This document shows, in pieces, positions 13,518 through 25,016 of a stretch of 64,000 nt of DNA; the stretch's first letter is position 1; every line of letters begins with the position of its first letter. The notes under the pieces are model-generated. The model was given only the letters and a program-made list of their open reading frames with translations. It had not been told where the DNA came from and searched no databases. The DNA is from Malacoraja senta (taxonomy: Eukaryota): the NCBI GenBank assembly GCA_038087875.1, contig CM075990.1, positions 5,768,001-5,832,000 of the forward strand. Reading direction: 5' to 3'. A program made the translations under genes and the position numbers.

Positions 13518-13851
13518 ATGATGATAATGATGGATTGGATTTATATAGCGCCTTTCTAATACTCAAGGCGCTTTACATCGCATAATTCATTCACTCCTCA
13601 GTCACACTCGGTGGTGGTAAGCTACTTCTGTAGCCACAGCTGCCCTGGGGCAGACTGACGGAAGCGTGGCTGCTAATTTGCGCCTACGGCCCCTCCGACC
13701 ACCACCAATCACTCACACACATTCACACACATTCACACACACATTCACACGCAGGCAAAGGTGGGTGAAGTGTCTTGCCCAAGGACACAACGACAGTATG
13801 CACTCCAAGCGGGATTCGAACCGGCTACCTTCCGGTTGCCAGCCGAACAGC
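13518..13851 (-). mobile_element. tRNA-derived SINE resembling teleost AFC (CORE-type) SINEs, nested in Gypsy pol
   Basis: Minus strand: ggaaggtagccggttcgaatccc (B box), gtcgttgtgtccttgggcaagacacttcaccc, ggtggtcggaggggcc...gtcagtctgccccagggcagctgtggctaca, and L2-type tail tgtaaagcgccttgag..aaggcgctatataaatcc. Splits pol LPIKY|HIAVD with AATA duplicated. Confidence 0.8.
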
Positions 13852-16300
13852 AATACCACATTGCTGTTGATCACAAAGTTATTCCTGTGGTCAGAGCGCC
13901 ACATCGTGTTCCGTATGCCATGTGCGACCGAATACACACTGAACTCAAGCTCATAGTGTCCATGGGTGTTATTGCTGAAGTTACAGAACCGTCTGACTGG
14001 GTTTCCACCATGGTCGTTGCAACAAAGAAAAACAAGGAGGAGATCCGTATCTGCATAAACCCCAGAGATCTTAACACTGCCATCAAACGCCCGCATTACC
14101 CAATGCGAACGACAGAAGAAGTTGCTGCCCAGATAGGCAACGCAGCAGTATTCTCAGTTCTGGATGCCAAAAGCTCGTTTTGGCAGATTCCACTGCACCC
14201 AGACTCGTCCAATCTCACTATGTTCGGCACCCCCTTTGGCCGATACAAATTTCTAAGAATGCCCTTTGGCATCAATTCCGCCAGCGAAGTTTTCCAGCGC
14301 ACTATGGAACAATTGTTTGCAGAGTACCCATGCGCTATCAATGTTGATGATATTCTCGTCTACGGACGCGATCTGGCTGAACATGACGCCAATCTGAAGA
14401 AAGTACTTGACCGTGCCATAGACATTTATCTCAAACTCAATCCCCTGAAGTGCAGGTTTCGAGTTCCTGAGGTTACTTACTTCGGTATGTGTTCACAAGT
14501 GATGGCCTCAAACCAGACCCGTCGAAAACTTCAGCTATCAACGAAATGTCTGTTCCTGCTGACATCGTGAGCTTACAAAGGTTCCTCGGAATGGTCAACT
14601 ACCTGGGTAAATTTATTCCCAACCTCAGCGACATATCTGCCCTCCCTACGAGAACTGACACACAAGGGCGCGGCATGGTCCTGGTACCCGCAGCACCAAA
14701 CAGCTTTTGACACACTCAAATTGCAGCTGGCTAGCGCACCTACTCTCGCCTACTTTGCTTTGGAATTACCAGTAACGCTCACCTGCGATGCGTCCCAGTA
14801 CGGGCTAGGCGCAGTGTGCCTACATACCACTGCCGATGGCATTTTCAAGCCCGTTTCATACGCCTCCTGTACGCTGACTGACACTGAACAGTGTTAGGCC
14901 CAGATTGAAAAGGAACTGCTCACAGTGGTTTTCGCCTGCACTAAATTCAAGGACTTTATCTTTGGAAAGTCTGTGACTATCGAGACTGACCACCAGCCGC
15001 TGGTCACAATTTTGAACAAACCCATCCACGCTGCCCCAGCACGACTACAGCGAATGATGATGCAACTACAGAGATTTGATTTCAACATTGTCTACAAGAA
15101 AGGCAAAGTTGTGCACATAGCAGACACGCTATCTAGAGCCCCGCGTAAAACTAACGAACAACAGCTCTCCGAACAGGACCAATTCTCAGTAATGAAGGTT
15201 TCGTTTGTGCCAACTGACTGTTTGAGCAGCCTAGCAGAGCACACGGCTGCTAATGAGATCTTACAATTGCTGTCTGCAGTCATCCGGCGCGGCTGGCCGG
15301 ATAAGCAACACAACACCCCGCTCGAGATATGCCCATACTTCCTGGTTTGCGATGAACTAGTATTACAGGACAGAATTATTGTCAAGGGCCACAAGGCAGT
15401 GGTCCCAGCAGCCCTCTGGGACAAATACTTTGACGACACCCACAGGGGCCACCCTGGCGTGGAGGCAACCCTCCAAAGGGCGCAAAGCATGTTTTACTGG
15501 CCAAGAATGACCAAATACATACGTTAAAAAACCGAAGTTTGCGCCGTCTGCAAAAGCCTGACACCACATCAGCAAAAGCAGCCTCTACTGCCGCACCCAG
15601 TACCCCCTCTCCCGTGGTCCACGTTAGCCACCGACATCTTTGAATGGCATGGGAAACACTATCTGGTCCTTGTAGACTCTTACTCTGGCTGGTTCGAAAT
15701 CGACTTACTTCAAACCACTACTTCTGAAGCAGTAATCAAAAAGCTGCAGCGCCACCTCTCCGTGCACGGCTCCGCTGCACATATCCAGTCCGACAACGGC
15801 GGACAGTTCACCAGCCAAACTTTTAAAATCTTTGCACAATGATGGGACTTTCAACATATTACCAGCAGCCCCGAATTCCCACAGTCCAAGGGACCCGCCG
15901 AACGCGCGGTCCGGAGTGCAAAACAACTCATGGAGCGGTCATACCTTGCCAAATCAGACGTGTACCTGGACTTGCTCAACCTAAGGAATATTGCGCGGGA
16001 TCCCATACTGGGTTCTCTAGCCCAACGAGTGATGTCTCACCAAACCCATGCTCCTCTGCCCACAAGTTCGTTCCCCAACTGCAGTTCAGAAGCAACTACA
16101 ATCCAAATGTGAGACGCAGAAATGCTTCTTCGACGTCCAGCAAGTCACTTAAACCTCTCGCTCGTGGACAAGTGGTCCGTCTCCAGACAAACAAGGGCTA
16201 AGCACGTCTGGGCCACATCTACGGCCCTGTCAAGGAGCCGCGCTCTTATATGGTCGAAGCGGAGGGTGCCATTTACAGACGCAACCGTCAATATAATCCT

Positions 16301-16575
16301 TTAAGACCGAGATGAGGAAAAACTTTTTCACACAGAGAGTGGTGAATCTCTGGAACTCTCTGCCACAGAGGGTAGTTGACGCCAGTTCATTGGCTATATT
16401 TAAGAGGGAGTTAGATGTGGCCCTTGTGGCTAAAGGGATCAGGGGGTATGGAGAGAAGGCAGGTACGGGATACTGAGTTGGATGATCAGCCATGATCATA
16501 TTGAATGGCGGTGCAGGCTCGAAGGGCCGAATGGCCTACTCCTGCACCTATTTTCTATGTATCTATGTATCTATG
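16301..16575 (+). mobile_element. CR1 3' fragment nested in the Gypsy integrase C-terminal region
   Basis: gagatgaggaaaaactttttcacacagagagtggtg...cctgcacctattttctatgt plus a (ATCTATGT)n tail. Imperfect TSD TATA(A)TCCTT; removing it restores RRNRQYILPMKE. Confidence 0.9.
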
Positions 16576-16917
16576 TATATCCTTCCAATGAAGGAACAGA
16601 GTCCTGCGATTCCGTATCCTGATGTCTCACGTTTCGTATACCCTCCCACAGTTGGTTCCGCTGCAGTCTCCCCGCGGCGTTTGCTGTCTAGCTCGCCTAT
16701 CTCGTCACCCTCCCTGCCTGTTGGGCCGCCGGTCGTTTCCCCATTTCCCTCCCTGGTTTCTTCTCCAATGAAAGGAGGTGAGGCGGACTCGTACCGCACA
16801 CGGGCAGGAAGGGTTTGCAGGCCACCCGTTAGATATGGCGATTTTGTGTAATTACGCAAATGTATCATTAACATTCCACCTATATTGCTTAGCCACCGAT
16901 GCTTCTTTTGTTTCTAC

Positions 16918-16926
16918 AAGGAAGGA
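16918..16926 (+). promoter_or_regulatory. Polypurine tract
   Basis: aaggaagga immediately precedes the 3' LTR. Confidence 0.7.
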
Positions 16927-17130
16927 TGTAGATTGGCTATTTCACACTAGCCAATTATAGTGTTTGTTAGTAGTGACTCCACCTACTATGTACTTCATAT
17001 TATCAAGAGCTTGCTTACGCTAGTTAGAATGAATAGCAGCTCGAAGATGTGATGACTGCAGATCCTTGCTCTATGTAGATTGAATAAATATGTGTTGTAT
17101 CGTGATGTGTGTTCGAGTGGACTCATTACA
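16927..17130 (+). repeat. 3' LTR
   Basis: Direct repeat of 11936-12139, followed by the TSD GAGAA. Confidence 0.95.
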
Positions 17131-18770
17131 GAGAACAAATGAGCATATGGATTTATGTCATAGATAAACCATAATCTTATTGAAATGAGGGAGCACCCGT
17201 CTGGTGCTAAATAACCTCCTCTACTTATGTGGGCAGAAATACAGAAGCATACTTGAGAGGTGGTGTGGCCGATTTTTCTCTCTTTTAATAATTTTTTGGC
17301 TTTGTGTAGTGAATCAGCTGCGTGCTGCCAAATCTACAGTAGCTTGGGCACTATTCATACTCTGCTCAGATATGTCCATAGCTTAATACAGACCTCCCTA
17401 AGATAGTGATAAATGTGTCATTAAAGAATGCCTTGCACCTTTGTCTTCAGTTCTCCAATGGTGTTTCCAAGAAAATATCCAATGCAAGCATTCTGGTTCT
17501 TCCCTCCACATAATCAGTCAGCGTGAATAGAACATGAAACTAACATTTACTTTTTTTTGGGATAATTAGGTACTTCTTTACTCTTTTGCTATCCTTGAGA
17601 GGTGATTTGGGTTTTGAAGGGAACATTGGAAACCGTTTTAGAGAATTTGTCAGGGAAGGCATGTATCAAGCCATTTAAACCTGGGGATAGAGGACACATT
17701 TTGCAGAGAACAATTTATGTGCTGTAAATAAATACAGCACTTCTCATGGATCATTTAAGTGCACGTAATTAAAGAAATTGCAATGAATCTGTCCTATTGA
17801 AACTTGATACCTTTTAATAGCATAAAATTATATTGCACATTAATTACTTAGACTCTCAATAAAGTGTATTTTCCTCCAAGAGTATGTAGAAATTACAGGA
17901 CGATGGAACGCTGGTGATTTTGGGACACTTGGAATTCAGGAACTTTGGTGCATTGGTTATGTTTCATTCACTTCTTACCACCTTGTGGTAATTAATTCAC
18001 TAGGAATGCAACTGCTATATGCAGTGCCCACAAGCATGTCTCAATTTATGTCAGATTTGTTTTGACCTTTATTAGATTTAAACTTCATAAATCGGGAGGA
18101 AAAAGAACAATCAATAATGAAAAATGTTCTGGCATTTTTGAAGTACAATTTTTTAATGATTTGTGGGATTAATAGCATTAGTATTGGAATAAATACATCG
18201 GTGTTAACATTTTTACGTATCAAAGTGCTCAGCATTGCTCCCTGCAGCAGAAAATGAGTGCATTTGATATTGACCAGAGTTAAGAATTCTGCTTTAGAAG
18301 CAAGTTGAGTAATGGTGATTAAACAGTCAAAATTCATAGTTTATGTACACATGCGATGAGATTGGATCTAAAATATATTGCTTAACCTCCTCCTGGTTGT
18401 ACAACAACCAGCGACAGCTGTTCTGATCTTCACAGAGCATCTGTTGTAAATGCAGAATGAAAGGTTCTTCTGGTTGTGCTGAGATGTACGGAAGTCATTA
18501 TAGAACAGTGAGACAATGCCAAAAAAGTAGTGAATTACATAATGTTCGTTCCATTTGGTCATGCAGCTCTAGAGATAGTTAACTATTTAATCCATCAGCA
18601 ATATTTTTAGATTTTGTTTTAAATCTTTTTTATACCAAATTAATCCGTCAATGGGCCATGTTGACTAGAAACGTCAAGAGATATTGTGTCTTATTGTGGC
18701 GTTCCTTTTTTCTAGAAAATGGGCTGCATCACGAGTTTCCGTAATACGAAGTCGCATCACCTGTGATGCT

Positions 18771-19105
18771 GATTCTGAGGAAGGGTCCTGATTTGAAATG
18801 TTGTCTGTTCATTTCCCTCCACAAATAATGCTCCTCCCACTGAGTTCCTCCAGTAGTTTGCATTTTGCTCTTCTCACAGCTGCAGATCCCGTTTATTGTG
18901 TATGAGTACAAAAAAACAATGTGCTTGGTTTTGCCCCATTCTTGCCTCTTTTTACCAGCTTTCATCACTCTACTCCATCAGTCTGAAGAAGGGTTCCGAC
19001 CTGAAAAGCTGTGTGTCCATTTCCCGGCGCAAGTTGCCTGACCCACTAAGTTTCTCCAACACTTTGTTTTATACTCAAGATTTCAGCTTCTCTAGTCTCT
19101 TGCGT
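18771..19105 (+). mobile_element. Two tandem degenerate Penelope pLTR-like units with hammerhead-like cores
   Basis: ctgaggaagggtcctgatttgaaat (18774) and gtctgaagaagggttccgacctgaaa (18981). Each is followed by a c.cactgagtt.ctcca motif. Confidence 0.6.
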
Positions 19106-19459
19106 CGCATCCATAATAGTCAGTTGCTTTTGCTTAATATTTGAGCAGAGGGACATATTTTAAATTTCCTAAGTATGCAGGAGATCAGATGAAAAATGGT
19201 GCTTATGTTAATAGCGAGAAGGTCAGATGAGGCTACAGAACGATATTGATCAACTGGTAAGCTGAGTTGATAGATGGATCAAGTAGCAGAAAAATATACA
19301 TTTACATTAGCTTTGCATAAAAGGTACAGCACAGAAACAGGACGTTCAGCCCAAAGATACTTTGGTTCAGCCTAAATGACCCATACCAGAGTTCATGCAC
19401 CACATGAGCCTCCGCATAATCCTCAAATCATGTTATATTTATTTAGTTACCTCAATGCC

Positions 19460-20300
19460 GTAGTTTGTAGTTGACATGAAAATTGCTGATATGGTTGATA
19501 ATGGGGCGAAAAATCTTAGGTTGCGGAATGATATTGATCAGCTGCTATATTGGGTGCAGCGATGGCAGGTGGAATTGAATCTTGATAAGTATGCAGTACT
19601 GCATTTTAGGAAATCGAATAAAGATCGGGCATACACTATGAATAGCAGAGTCCCAATGAAATATTGAAGACAGAGGGACAGTTAGTGTACATGTTCATAG
19701 ATCCGTAAAGGCTGCAGCATAGGTTGATAACGTTAGTGAAAAAGACATCTGGGGTGCTGGCCTTCATTAGCCAGGGCATAGAATATAAAAGCATAGAGGT
19801 CATGGTATAATTTCATTAAACTTTAGGCTAAGCTGAAGCGTTACATGCATTTTTTACCACCATTCTGTGGAAAGGAAGCAAATGCTCCGGAGAAAATGCA
19901 GGGGAAATTTACAGGATGTTGCCCGAGATGGAATGAGAGGAGACCAGGCTGGGTTTATTTTTAATTGGAGTGGAGGAGGTTGAAGGGGAACCTAATAAAG
20001 GTGTACAAAATTTGGGGTGTAGATAGGTGGGTTGTCTGAAACTTTTCCTCAATACACAGCAGTCTAAAACCAGAAGGTATGGGTTTAAGGCAAGCTGTAA
20101 AATAATTTGAGGGAATCGGGAACATTATTTTTGCATAATGAATGGTTTCAATCTGGAGTCCACTGCCTGAGAAGGTGGAGTGGCAGGTATTCTTGCGATT
20201 TAAAAAAATATATCTAGGTGAAGATTTGAATCATAATGGCATGGAAGACCAGGGACCATTTGCTGGTAAATGGAATAAGTGTAGATGGTTAATTGATGGT
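19460..20300 (+). mobile_element. Old CR1 LINE RT C-terminal fragment
   Basis: ORF 19476 reads DIDQLLYWVQRWQVELNLDKYAVLHF (CR1 RT motif WQMxFNxxKCxVLHFG). Downstream MVSIWSPLPEKV. Confidence 0.75.
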
Positions 20301-22544
20301 GAACATAAATGTAGTTGTCAACTCCCACGACTTTTCACATGCACAATCAAAACTAAGTCTAGTCTTTGTCAAGTTGTAATTGCACCTACTTCCTAGTGTG
20401 ATTTTATAGTACTCGCCTGAGCAGTAACACAGAATTGTTCTGTGTTATTTTTAACTGTGCGCTTCTTTACAGTTTGGATTTAAGAATGCAATTTGCATTA
20501 TTGGAAATGGCTAATATTGGATAGATCTAATCTATCTAATCTAAAAGCTACCATTTGTGTAGTATAAACATGACTTGCCATTTATCAATGACAATGTGAA
20601 ACATGCCTTGCTGTAAGTTTAGATGGAGTGCTTAATTATCTGATGAGTTGTGAATGGATTGAACACTCGGCAATCATCTGTCAATACAAATTCCTGATAT
20701 AATAGAGGGAAGGTCGTAGCTGAATGCTGAACATGCTACTTATAGCAGTAATTCCCTGAGGCGGTGTCTATTTCTAAAAAACTACAGTATTTGTGCTTGG
20801 TGTGACCCCAACCAGTGGAATTTTCCACTTGATTCCCACTATTTTTTATTGAGGCTCCCCATTGTTCCTAAAATGCTGCAATTATCTCAAGGGCAGTAAC
20901 TCTCTAATTGTCGCCACAATTAAGTTGTTTTGTCCATGTCAACATTTTTGACCAAGGCAACAATGAGAACAAGCTGGTCATTTTGAAACCCAAATTGAGT
21001 ATTACTGAACAAGCTATTTTGACAAGTTAATGAAGAAGATTAACCATCGTTTTGGTTGACTTTTATCAAATATGTTGCTGAGGTTGAAGAGAACAGACCT
21101 ATCCAATTTCATTCTAATTGTACATTTTAGTGGTAGCCTCGTACAACTGAGTGGCTTGCCAAGCATTTTGGACAGCAGTCAAGAATTAAGCAGGTTAGGT
21201 GACTTCATGACAGATTTGGGAGAAATGGGAGATTTCATTCTCTGTAAAAGACATAAGTGAGAGTGCTGACCAGGCTAATTTCACCTTCTAAAAATAGGTC
21301 TGTAGCACTGTAAATCATGACTAAATCAATTACTTTTGAAATGCGATGAGTATTTCTTTCATGCTGTGGATTTCAAGATCCTCTAGGTGGAAAAAATGCT
21401 TGCAAATCTTCCGTCTGATCCTACCAGATATTTTAAATGTCTGTCCAATGGCATTTGACCCTTGTAGGTGAAAAAGCCCTTCCCTTTTACTTTGTTTAGT
21501 CCTCTCATTCATTCGTCCAAGCAAGTTGCCCTCAACTTCTTTTCCAAACAAAACAACTCTGACTTATTTAGTCTTTCTCAATCTTGGCATCATTCCCATC
21601 AATTTATTCTGCATCCTAACTGTTGTAATAGTATCTTTCCTCTATTGGAACCAGAGCTATACAGTATTCTAGCTGTGAATTTACTCTTGTGAAAGTGTCC
21701 TTTCTTTGATGTAAAGGTCAGAATGTCTTCTCCGTTAGCACATTACGAGGATAACTGCTTTTAATGTCTCTGTAGGAAAAAATGTGCTAGTCATCTAATG
21801 GGCTAACCTATGCAGTCTGGATGATTGAACGTGATTCTGCATGTAGTGAAATTAAAATCATCTGTCCTGCGTGTTTATCTGACCATATTAATATTTTAAA
21901 TAAGCAGCTGGGGCCATTTAATTGGTCTCTGAAGAAAGCTTTTAGCTGGATTCCCAGTATAGCGATGCCTCTGACTCGCCATCAAATTTGAGGCAGGGAA
22001 TGTGGGTTCCTATTAAATACCAAAAAGAAAGAAAACACTGGAATTGCTCAACAAGTCAAGTGGCATCTGTGAAGATGATTAACATTCTAGGCCATGAGGT
22101 TTCATCAGAAACAGGCAAATTAGGACACAAGCAAATTTTAAATTAGAAAGAAGGTTGAGGGGTAGGGGTAAGAAAGGGAATGCAATGGTGTCACCAAGAG
22201 AGACTTTTACAAATGGCGGTACACCTTGCAGAGAGAAGGCAATGAAAGCTTATTGATTGCATTTAATTTATGTGGAGGAAATGATTGAGGATGGAAGGAG
22301 AAAAAAAGAACAATGCTGGAATTGTGAGAAACCGAGCATGACAGTTGCTGGAAATTTGAAATAAAAATATCCAGCAGGACAGGCAGCAGCTGCGGAGAGG
22401 GAAGAAGTGTTATAGACCATTCATCAGATGTAGCAATATACTTGTCAGAGGAAGAATCCAAACATGTATGAGAAGAGATTGGGTTAACCAAGTCTGTATC
22501 CACAAAGAAGGAGAGAAGGTTTAAACTCATAAATTCACTTTATA

Positions 22545-23295
22545 GTAGAATTAGGCCATTCAGCCCATCGAGTCTACTCCACCATCATGGCTGATCTCTG
22601 CCTCCTAATCCAATTTTCCTGCTTTCCACCCATAACACTTGACACCCATTCTAATCAAAAATGTGTCTATCTCTGCCTTAAAAATATCCACTGACTTGGC
22701 CTCCATAGCTTTCTGTGGCAATGAGTTCCACAGATTAACTACCCTCTGAGTGAAGTTCTCCCCTCAACCTTCCAAACTCCAGCGAGCAGAGGCCCTGTGC
22801 TGTCAAGCGCTCATCATATGCTAACCCACTCATTCCTGGAATTATTCTTGTAAACCTCCTCTGGACCCTCTCCAGAGCCAGCACATACTTCCTCATATAT
22901 GGGGCCCAAAATTGCTCACAATATTCCAAATGTGGCCTCACCAGCCCCTTATACTGTTTTTTGTCTTCCAGTCAACTTGATATAAATGCTACCATTGAAT
23001 TTGCCTTCCTTACTACAGATTCGACTTGCAAACTAACTTTTTGGGAGTCCTGCACCAGCCCTCTGATTTCTGGATTCTCCATCCATTTAGAAAATAATCT
23101 ACGCCCTTATTCTTATCACCAAAATGCACGACTCCACACTTTTCTATACTCAATTTCATCTACCACTTCTCTGCCCACTCTCCCAACCAGGCCATGTCCT
23201 TCTGCAGGATCCTTGCTTCCTCTACACTGCTTGCCCCTCCGCTTACTTTAGCATCATCTGCAAACTTGGCCACAAAGCCTTCATTATCCAAATCA
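22545..23295 (-). mobile_element. CR1 LINE fragment with internal deletions
   Basis: Minus ORFs contain VAKFADDAKV and RPHLEYCEQFWAPY.RKYVLALERVQRRFTR. 3' UTR tail near 22545. Confidence 0.85.
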
Positions 23296-23532
23296 TTTAA
23301 AAGAATATAATTGATGTCACATGTACCAAGGTATAGTGAAATGTTTGTATACCTTCTGCTGGACTGGATTAGGAAGAACAAGGAATTACCGGAGTGGAAC
23401 AAGTAATTGATTGTGTTAGAATTTTTTGGTGGGAATCTGGTCTGTGTGATGAACTTGGCTACATTCACAACTCTGCAATTTCTTGCGTTGGGCAGAGCTA
23501 TTCATAAATCAACCCATGATTCACCCATACAG

Positions 23533-23628
23533 GTACACAAAAATGCTGGAGAAACTCAGCGGGTGCAGCAGCATCTATGGAGCGAAGGAAATAGGCAACG
23601 TTTCGGGCCGAAACCCTTCTTCAGACTC
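23533..23628 (-). mobile_element. 96-bp Penelope-derived insert with 13-bp TSD
   Basis: Flanked by TTCACCCATACAG at 23520-23532 and 23629-23641. Homologous to the 3' part of the Penelope fragment at 24659-24753. Confidence 0.85.
23594..23627 (-). ncRNA. Minimal hammerhead ribozyme motif
   Basis: Minus strand agt-CTGAAGA-a-gggt(ttcg)gccc-GAAAC-GTT-gcc: CUGANGA core, stem II, GAAA, palindromic AACGTT stem III and NUH=GUU. Activity untested. Confidence 0.7.
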
Positions 23629-24332
23629 TTCACCCATACAGTATGCTTTCTATGTGTATCATATTGGTTTGGGAATATAAAACAGGAATCTGATGTTGAG
23701 ATAAATAATAAAGCTTCATTGAATGGCCCAGCAGTCTCAAAGGTCGAAAAGGTCTACTTTTATTTTAGTTTCAAGACCAGGTGAAATGCTGGTGTCAGAA
23801 GAAGCAATCCTTGGAATTTGTACTGGATAGATCTAATTGCACAGGTAGTTCATGTGGGCAAGTATTTCTTAAATACAAAATATAAATAGCTTGGTATTGG
23901 ATTTTTTAATGCATTTAATCTAAAATCATATTTAATTTTGAATTGGTACGAGGTAAGCATCTGGCGATAGCCAAGTTTTATAATCTGAATCTGAAAGCCT
24001 CAATTGGATTATTGTGAATCTGGAATTCTGTTCACTGAACAAATAAAAGATGTAGAATAAACAAAATGCTATGTTATCAATGTTGGTTAATATTACACAA
24101 ATGTTGCCCTTTTTGGTGGACCAGTTATCTTTCTATTTTGAAGTAGAGTTCTGTTGAGGTATAAAGTTAAAACGTGAACCAAAGAGAGCAGATCAAAATT
24201 AAGGAGCACTATTTTTTCCATCCCTGACCCAGCCATTCTGGCTGTAATAGTGTAACTCCAGTGGCGCAGTGGTAGAGTAGCTGCCTTACAGTACCAGAGA
24301 CCCGGGTTTGATCCTGACTATGGCTACTGTCT

Positions 24333-24753
24333 AAGAAGGAACTGCAGATGGTGGAAAATCGAAGTTAGACAAAATCTCCCGGTGGCTCAGCACTTCAACT
24401 CCCCCTCCCATTCCGAATCCGACCTTTCTGTCCTGGGCCTCCTCCATGGCCAGAGTGAGCGCCACCGGAAAGTGGAGGAGCAGCACCTCATATACCGCTT
24501 GGGCAGTCTGCACCCTAGTGGCATAAACATTGACTTCTCCAATTTCCGGTAGCCCTTGCTGTCTCCTCCCCTTCTCAGCTCTCCCTCAGCCCTCAGGCCC
24601 CTCCTCTTCCTTTCTCCTTTCTTCTCCCCATCTCCCCGCCCCCCCCCCACCCTACATCAGTCTGAAGAAGGGTTTTGGCCCGAAAAATTGCCTATTTCCT
24701 TCGCTCCATAGATGCTGCTGCACCCGCTGAGTTTCTCCAGCACTTTTGTCTAC
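24333..24753 (+). mobile_element. Penelope-like element 3' fragment with inverted 5' piece
   Basis: 24376-24552 encodes LPVAQHFNSPSHSESDLSVLGLLHGQSERHRKVEEQHLIYRLGSLHPSGINIDFSNFR* (GIY-YIG C-terminal half). A pLTR-like region with a hammerhead motif follows. 24333-24374 is an inverted pLTR end. TSD ctatgg(c/g)tactgtct at 24318-24332 and 24754-24768. Confidence 0.85.
24659..24692 (+). ncRNA. Hammerhead ribozyme motif, stem III decayed
   Basis: agt-CTGAAGA-a-gggt(tttg)gccc-GAAA-aattgcc, downstream of the GIY-YIG stop codon. Confidence 0.55.
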
Positions 24754-24840
24754 CTATGGGTACTGTCTGTATGGAATTTGTGTGTTCACTTGGTTTGGTA
24801 TAATTATGAATTGTCCCTAGTGTGTTGACTGAACTTTAGT

Positions 24841-25016
24841 GCCTTCCCTCACAGTGGGCAACTTTGATTCCGCTGTGTGGGGATGCCTATGTTAAAGACT
24901 ATCGTGTTCTGTGCTCTTTTTTTATTCGTATGGCTGTATGGTGACCACAAATTTCATTGTACCAATTGGTACATGTGACAATGTCTCTTGTCTTTTGTCT
25001 CTTGTCTCTTGTCTTG
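24841..25016 (+). mobile_element. Hairpin-headed short repeat nested in the HE1-like SINE
   Basis: ccttccctcacagtgg...ccgctgtgtggggatg.ctatgttaaa...ttggtacatgtgacaat plus a (GTCTCTT)n-like tail. Confidence 0.55.

Larger units (their letters stand above)
12224..16851 (+). pseudogene. Gypsy gag-pol, disrupted by frameshifts, stops and two inserts
   Basis: Gag has two zinc knuckles (CQNCNYFH...C and CNFCKKLNHFARC). Protease KIDTGAKCN (~13150); RT LDAKSSFWQIPL, RMPFGINSA, VDDILVYG; RNase H CDASQYGLGA, ETDHQPL; integrase HRGHPG; C-terminus TRAGRVCRPPVRYGDFV*. Confidence 0.92.
11936..17130 (+). mobile_element. Full-length, decayed Ty3/Gypsy (Mag-like) LTR retrotransposon
   Basis: Two 204-bp TG...CA LTRs, a 5-bp TSD GAGAA (11931-11935 and 17131-17135), PBS and PPT. 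Domain order is gag-protease-RT-RNase H-integrase; no env seen. Confidence 0.95.

Noticed and set aside
13710..13752. Repeated cacacacatt units as a possible array
   Set aside because: Simple microsatellite inside the SINE. There are no CRISPR-like repeat-spacer arrays in this eukaryotic window.
23790..23801. TGGTGTCAGAAG, a tRNA-Leu PBS-like 12-mer
   Set aside because: No preceding LTR ending in CA and no downstream gag; likely chance.
24259..24320. tRNA-like sequence as a tRNA gene
   Set aside because: It is a SINE head continuing into SINE body, with no complete cloverleaf. The same applies at 4563, 32564 and 62702.
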